From Dehalococcoidia bacterium (GTDB lineage Bacteria; Chloroflexota; Dehalococcoidia; Lucifugimonadales; UBA3495): a DNA stretch of 32,000 nucleotides. Location of the stretch: NCBI GenBank assembly GCA_965204685.1, contig OZ242004.1, positions 1,569,757 to 1,601,756 on the forward strand, in the 5' to 3' direction. The notes under the pieces are model-generated. The model saw only the letters and a program-made list of their open reading frames with translations. It ran no database searches and was not told where the DNA came from. A program made the position numbers and the translations under genes. This document shows, in pieces, positions 28,757-32,000 of the stretch (positions are counted from its first letter, which is position 1; every line of letters starts with the position of its first letter).

Positions 28757-29278
28757 TGAAACCATTGTATGCGCTCCCCTCCCGCCGGCGTAAGGGGCTG
28801 GGTGTCACCAAAATCCAGTTGGCCGGCTGCGGACTGGACCAGGGTCTGCGGCGATGGGTTCAATGCCCCGGCGATTGGGACGAATGTCAGACGAATCGCT
28901 GCCTAGCCCAGCCCTGCTCAAAGGTCGTGTGAAAGATGGGAGCCGATTTCTTGCTCCGATACATCCTCCTGCCGTCAACCCGGATGTATTCCTTCTCGTC
29001 GAGACCGGTCCATCACCGCCGCTCGTCGCCTCCGCGCTTGTGGCTAGGTCCTCCGCGTCTGGCTACTGAAGGTCGGCTACCGGACGATAGCCAGCATCGG
29101 GGGCGGGTCTCGCCGCGCGTGCAGGAGGTGCAACAACTGGCGGGACTCCCGCAGCGGGCCGATCCGCCCCGCCCCGCGATACCTGCGGTGCGGCAGTTAG
29201 GCCTGCCCATGCGCTAGCCTCTCGGTTGGACCGTAGCCGGCAGCCTCGCGCCGGCCCGGCCGCCGAAGGGACGCGCGT

Positions 29279-29362
29279 GTGACGATCCGACACCAGCAGC
29301 GGGAACTCTCGACCGGCATCTCCATGCACATCGCGGAGCAGGGCGACGGGCCACCCCTCTAG
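29279..29362 (+). pseudogene. possible N-terminal remnant of an epoxide-hydrolase-type alpha/beta-hydrolase
   Basis: GTG-TIRHQQRELSTGISMHIAEQGDGPPL-stop resembles the start of many alpha/beta-hydrolases (xV..NGIxMHyAEqGeGP). It terminates after 27 codons. Confidence 0.25.
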
Positions 29363-29515
29363 AGGACGCTCCGCCGCCCTCACCCTCTCGGCGGACAACT
29401 GGCCAGAGGGTGCCTCGCTCGGCTGCGGCGTATACTCCGTGGGTAGTATGCCCTGAGCTTCCCAAGCATCCAACGGGACGACGTCACGGGCCTCTGTTTC
29501 GCGGAGAATGCCCCT

Positions 29516-30655
29516 ATGCCGACGATCTCCCTGCTCCGCCGGTCGGTCGCAATCGACGCGCTCGTCGCCGTTGTAACGACGTCGCTCGCAATCCTCATGC
29601 TGGCGACTGAGGTCGGCGAGGCCGTGCCGACCGCAGCGCCGCTCGCCTACGCGGTTGCGGGTGCTACGGGCGTCGTCCTGGTGGCCCGTCGGCAACGACC
29701 GATCATCGTGCTCGGCCTCGTCGCGCTGGCGCGCGTCGCGGTGCTGCTGGAAGCTGAAAATAGTGTAGCGCTCATCCCGGTCTACTTGGTGGCGTTGTTC
29801 ACTGCGGCCGAGCGGGGTGAGAGCCGCAAAGCCCTGATCGTCGCCATCCCGGCAGCCGTCGCCTTGGCGCTGATCCAGGCAGATCAAGAAGGGGACCCGC
29901 CCGCGATCGAGCTGCTCGCGGAGGTCACGTTAGGTCTCTTGCCAATCGCCCTCGGGGAGGTCGTACGAAGCCGCGCTGAGCGGCTGCGGAGCTTGATTGA
30001 GACGGAGGCGGCGGCGCGCGTGCAAGCCGAACGACTGCGAATCGCACGAGATCTCCACGATGTTGCCGCCCATGGACTGTCTACCATCGCGATTCAGTCC
30101 GGCGTCGCCGCCCGGCTCATCGATCGCGACATCGATCAGGCGAGAACGGCGCTAGAAGTGATCAACGCCGCGAGCAAGCGCTCGCTCGAGGACCTGCGAG
30201 CCATGGTCGGCGTTCTTCGCTCCTCGGATGAAGTCGCGCTCCGGCCAACACCGCGCGACCCCAACGATTTTTCCGGGTTGACCGAGGACGCGCTAGGGAA
30301 CGGGGTCTCCGTGACCGTCGAGGTCGAAGGGTCGTTCCCGGAAGATGTTCACGATGCTCCAGTCGTCGCTGTTCATCGGGTCATCGAGGAGGCGCTTACG
30401 AACGTGTCCCGCCATGCCGGCCCTGTTCCCGCGCGGGTCTCGATTCGACATGCGGCTCAGCAAGTCGAGGTGATGATCCGCAACGAACGCGCGTCGCGCC
30501 CTGGGCCAGAGCCGACGGCGCCGTCGACCGGCGTCGGGATCGTCGGTATGGCGGAGCGAGTTGAGAGTCTCGGCGGGACACTTTCAGCCCAGCCGGATGT
30601 TGACGGTGGATTCGTCGTCGTCGCCAACATTCCGTATTACAGCCGCCCGCAATGA
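29516..30655 (+). CDS. sensor histidine kinase, HisKA_3 (NarL-partner) type
   Basis: N-terminal TM helices, H-box RLRIARDLHDVAAHGLSTIAIQ, and a C-terminal HATPase-like region (GVGIVGMAERVESLGG). Confidence 0.9.
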   Translation: MPTISLLRRSVAIDALVAVVTTSLAILMLATEVGEAVPTAAPLAYAVAGATGVVLVARRQRPIIVLGLVALARVAVLLEAENSVALIPVYLVALFTAAERGESRKALIVAIPAAVALALIQADQEGDPPAIELLAEVTLGLLPIALGEVVRSRAERLRSLIETEAAARVQAERLRIARDLHDVAAHGLSTIAIQSGVAARLIDRDIDQARTALEVINAASKRSLEDLRAMVGVLRSSDEVALRPTPRDPNDFSGLTEDALGNGVSVTVEVEGSFPEDVHDAPVVAVHRVIEEALTNVSRHAGPVPARVSIRHAAQQVEVMIRNERASRPGPEPTAPSTGVGIVGMAERVESLGGTLSAQPDVDGGFVVVANIPYYSRPQ

Positions 30656-31323
30656 AGAAACAAGCGATCCGAGTACTTATCGTTGACGACGAGGAGCTGG
30701 TCCGACGTGGATTCGCAGCGCTGATCGACGCCGAGCCAGGCTTCGAGATGGTCGGAGAGGCTCGGGACGGAGCCGAGGCCATCGAACGAATCCGTTCCAC
30801 TCGGCCGGACGTCGTTCTAATGGACATTCGGATGCCCACTCTCGACGGCATTGCGGCCACTCGCCGAATCGCGCACGACGACACGCTCGCCGCCAGTCGG
30901 GTCCTTGTCCTGACGACGTTCGATCTCGATCAGTACGTCTACGACGCGCTGCGTGCAGGGGCGTCCGGATTCCTCCTAAAGGACACGGCGCCACAGCAAC
31001 TCCTGGACGCCATCCAGGTCGTAGCGAGCGGGGACGCTCTCATCGCTCCGTCGATCACGAGGAGGCTTATCTCCGAGTTCGTTGCGCGGCCCAACCCCTC
31101 CGACGCGACCAGCCGACTTGAAGCGCTCACCGAACGCGAGCGAGATGTGCTCACCGAGGTTGGCCGCGGCTTCAATAACGCAGAGATCGCGGAGCATCTT
31201 TACATCTCGCCGCTGACCGCGAAAACGCATGTGAGCCGCATCCTCGCGAAGCTGGGCGTGCGCGACCGCCCGCAACTCGTCGTCCTCGCCTACGAAACCG
31301 GCCTCGTCTCTCCTGGAAGTTAG
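30652..31323 (+). CDS. NarL/LuxR-family response regulator
   Basis: ATGA overlap with the kinase. Receiver domain (RVLIVDDEELVRRG...VVLMDIRMP) plus LuxR HTH (LTERERDVLTEVGRGFNNAEIAEHLYISPLTAKTHVSRIL). Confidence 0.95.
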   Translation: MKKQAIRVLIVDDEELVRRGFAALIDAEPGFEMVGEARDGAEAIERIRSTRPDVVLMDIRMPTLDGIAATRRIAHDDTLAASRVLVLTTFDLDQYVYDALRAGASGFLLKDTAPQQLLDAIQVVASGDALIAPSITRRLISEFVARPNPSDATSRLEALTERERDVLTEVGRGFNNAEIAEHLYISPLTAKTHVSRILAKLGVRDRPQLVVLAYETGLVSPGS

Positions 31324-31488
31324 CCCCCGACGATCGGTCGTCGACGCCGGCCGGGCGCACGATTTACTCCGAGGAGAGTACGGAACGTCTCCTCGCGGCA
31401 GACGCGGCGTCTTCCGGCTCCGCCCAGACTTGCTTCAGCACGAAATCAAGGAGGGACTCGCGATGACAACGACGACCGAGGTCGAAAA

Positions 31489-32000
31489 TTGACTTTCCTG
31501 ACCGAACTGGCCGTGAGCCGCAAGTCCGTGACCATCATGGTGATGGTCCTGCTGCTGGCTGCCGGCGTCTATTCCTACAACCAGTTGCACCAGGAGATGT
31601 TCCCGGACATCAGCTTCGGCACCATTTTTGTTTATTCTGCCTACCAGCAGAGCGACCCGGCGACCATCGCCGCGGAGGTGACCACTCCCATCGAGGATGC
31701 CATTCTGGGCATGGAGGATGTAGAGGAAGTCACTTCCGTTTCCACGTCCGGGCTGTCGGTGGTCACCGCCAGTTTCACCCCCGGGGCCGACATTGGCGGG
31801 GCCGAGGAAATAATCCGCAGCGGGGTCAGCGGCCTGGACTTGCCCAAAGCCGACTGGGGGCCTACGGTCATCCGCCTCACCTCGGACATTTTCCCGGTGA
31901 TGACGCTCAGCGTCACCGGCCAGCGCGACATTCCCTCCCTCCAGCGCATCCTGGATGCGCAGATTCTGCCACCCCTAGAGGCCGTTGACGGCGTTTATGA
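31489..32000 (+). CDS. RND (AcrB/HAE-type) efflux transporter, 5' part, continues beyond the window
   Basis: Not in the ORF track because it runs off the end. TTG 31489 gives LTFLTELAVSRKSVTIMVMVLLLAAGVYSYNQL...FPDISFGTIFVYSAY...DPATIAAEVTTPIEDAI, the typical RND N-terminus. The start codon is uncertain. Confidence 0.7.
   Translation, partial: MTFLTELAVSRKSVTIMVMVLLLAAGVYSYNQLHQEMFPDISFGTIFVYSAYQQSDPATIAAEVTTPIEDAILGMEDVEEVTSVSTSGLSVVTASFTPGADIGGAEEIIRSGVSGLDLPKADWGPTVIRLTSDIFPVMTLSVTGQRDIPSLQRILDAQILPPLEAVDGVY

Noticed and set aside
28905-29020. Minus-strand frame LDEKEYIRVDGRRMYRSKKSAPIFHTTFEQGWARQRFV-stop
   Set aside because: It looks protein-like, but only about 37 codons are open, there is no start codon, and I cannot name a family.

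Overview
GC-rich bacterial accessory region: an insertion-sequence graveyard wrapped around cargo, with ordinary backbone only at the right edge. All coordinates, repeats and frames were read by eye. All family assignments are from motif recognition, not searches.

Left to right:
- An intact IS4-like IS (626-1814).
- A decayed IS1380 copy (about 1968-3749) carrying a nested IS21-family remnant.
- A Dpp/Opp-type ABC importer fragment (lipoprotein SBP plus two permeases, no ATPases).
- A solo Tn3-family terminal repeat (7741-7778) and an IS982 (about 7793-8707).
- A two-gene cassette (small protein plus 6-TM protein) split by an intact IS21 (9679-11985). It has a 4-bp GTGT duplication, and precise excision restores the ORF.
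- A decayed Tn3-family tnpA whose 5' end is fused to a higA fragment.
- A nucleotidyltransferase-like/HTH toxin-antitoxin-like pair.

The most interesting part is a roughly 10-kb island (16.0-26.0 kb) that looks less GC-rich and is split by a second, inverted, decayed IS1380 copy (about 18710-20240). It encodes four TIR or TIR-like proteins and no canonical Thoeris ThsA:
- A DUF1863-type TIR-like protein convergent with a SLATT-like three-TM protein, preceded by an HExxH protein.
- A RyR-domain protein 4 bp upstream of an alpha/beta-hydrolase / DUF4071-like helical repeat / TIR protein.
- Two paralogous ThsB-type proteins. The second is translationally coupled (ATGA overlap) to a protein with an E2/UBC-like active-site layout.
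- An XRE/ImmA-IrrE switch between them, with ImmA frameshifted in an A4 run.

I regard these as candidate uncharacterised TIR-based conflict systems.

Downstream lie gene debris, a decayed wHTH gene, an NYN/LabA-like protein, a HisKA_3 kinase with a NarL/LuxR regulator, and the 5' end of an RND transporter. I found no rRNA or CRISPR array and recognised no tRNA.
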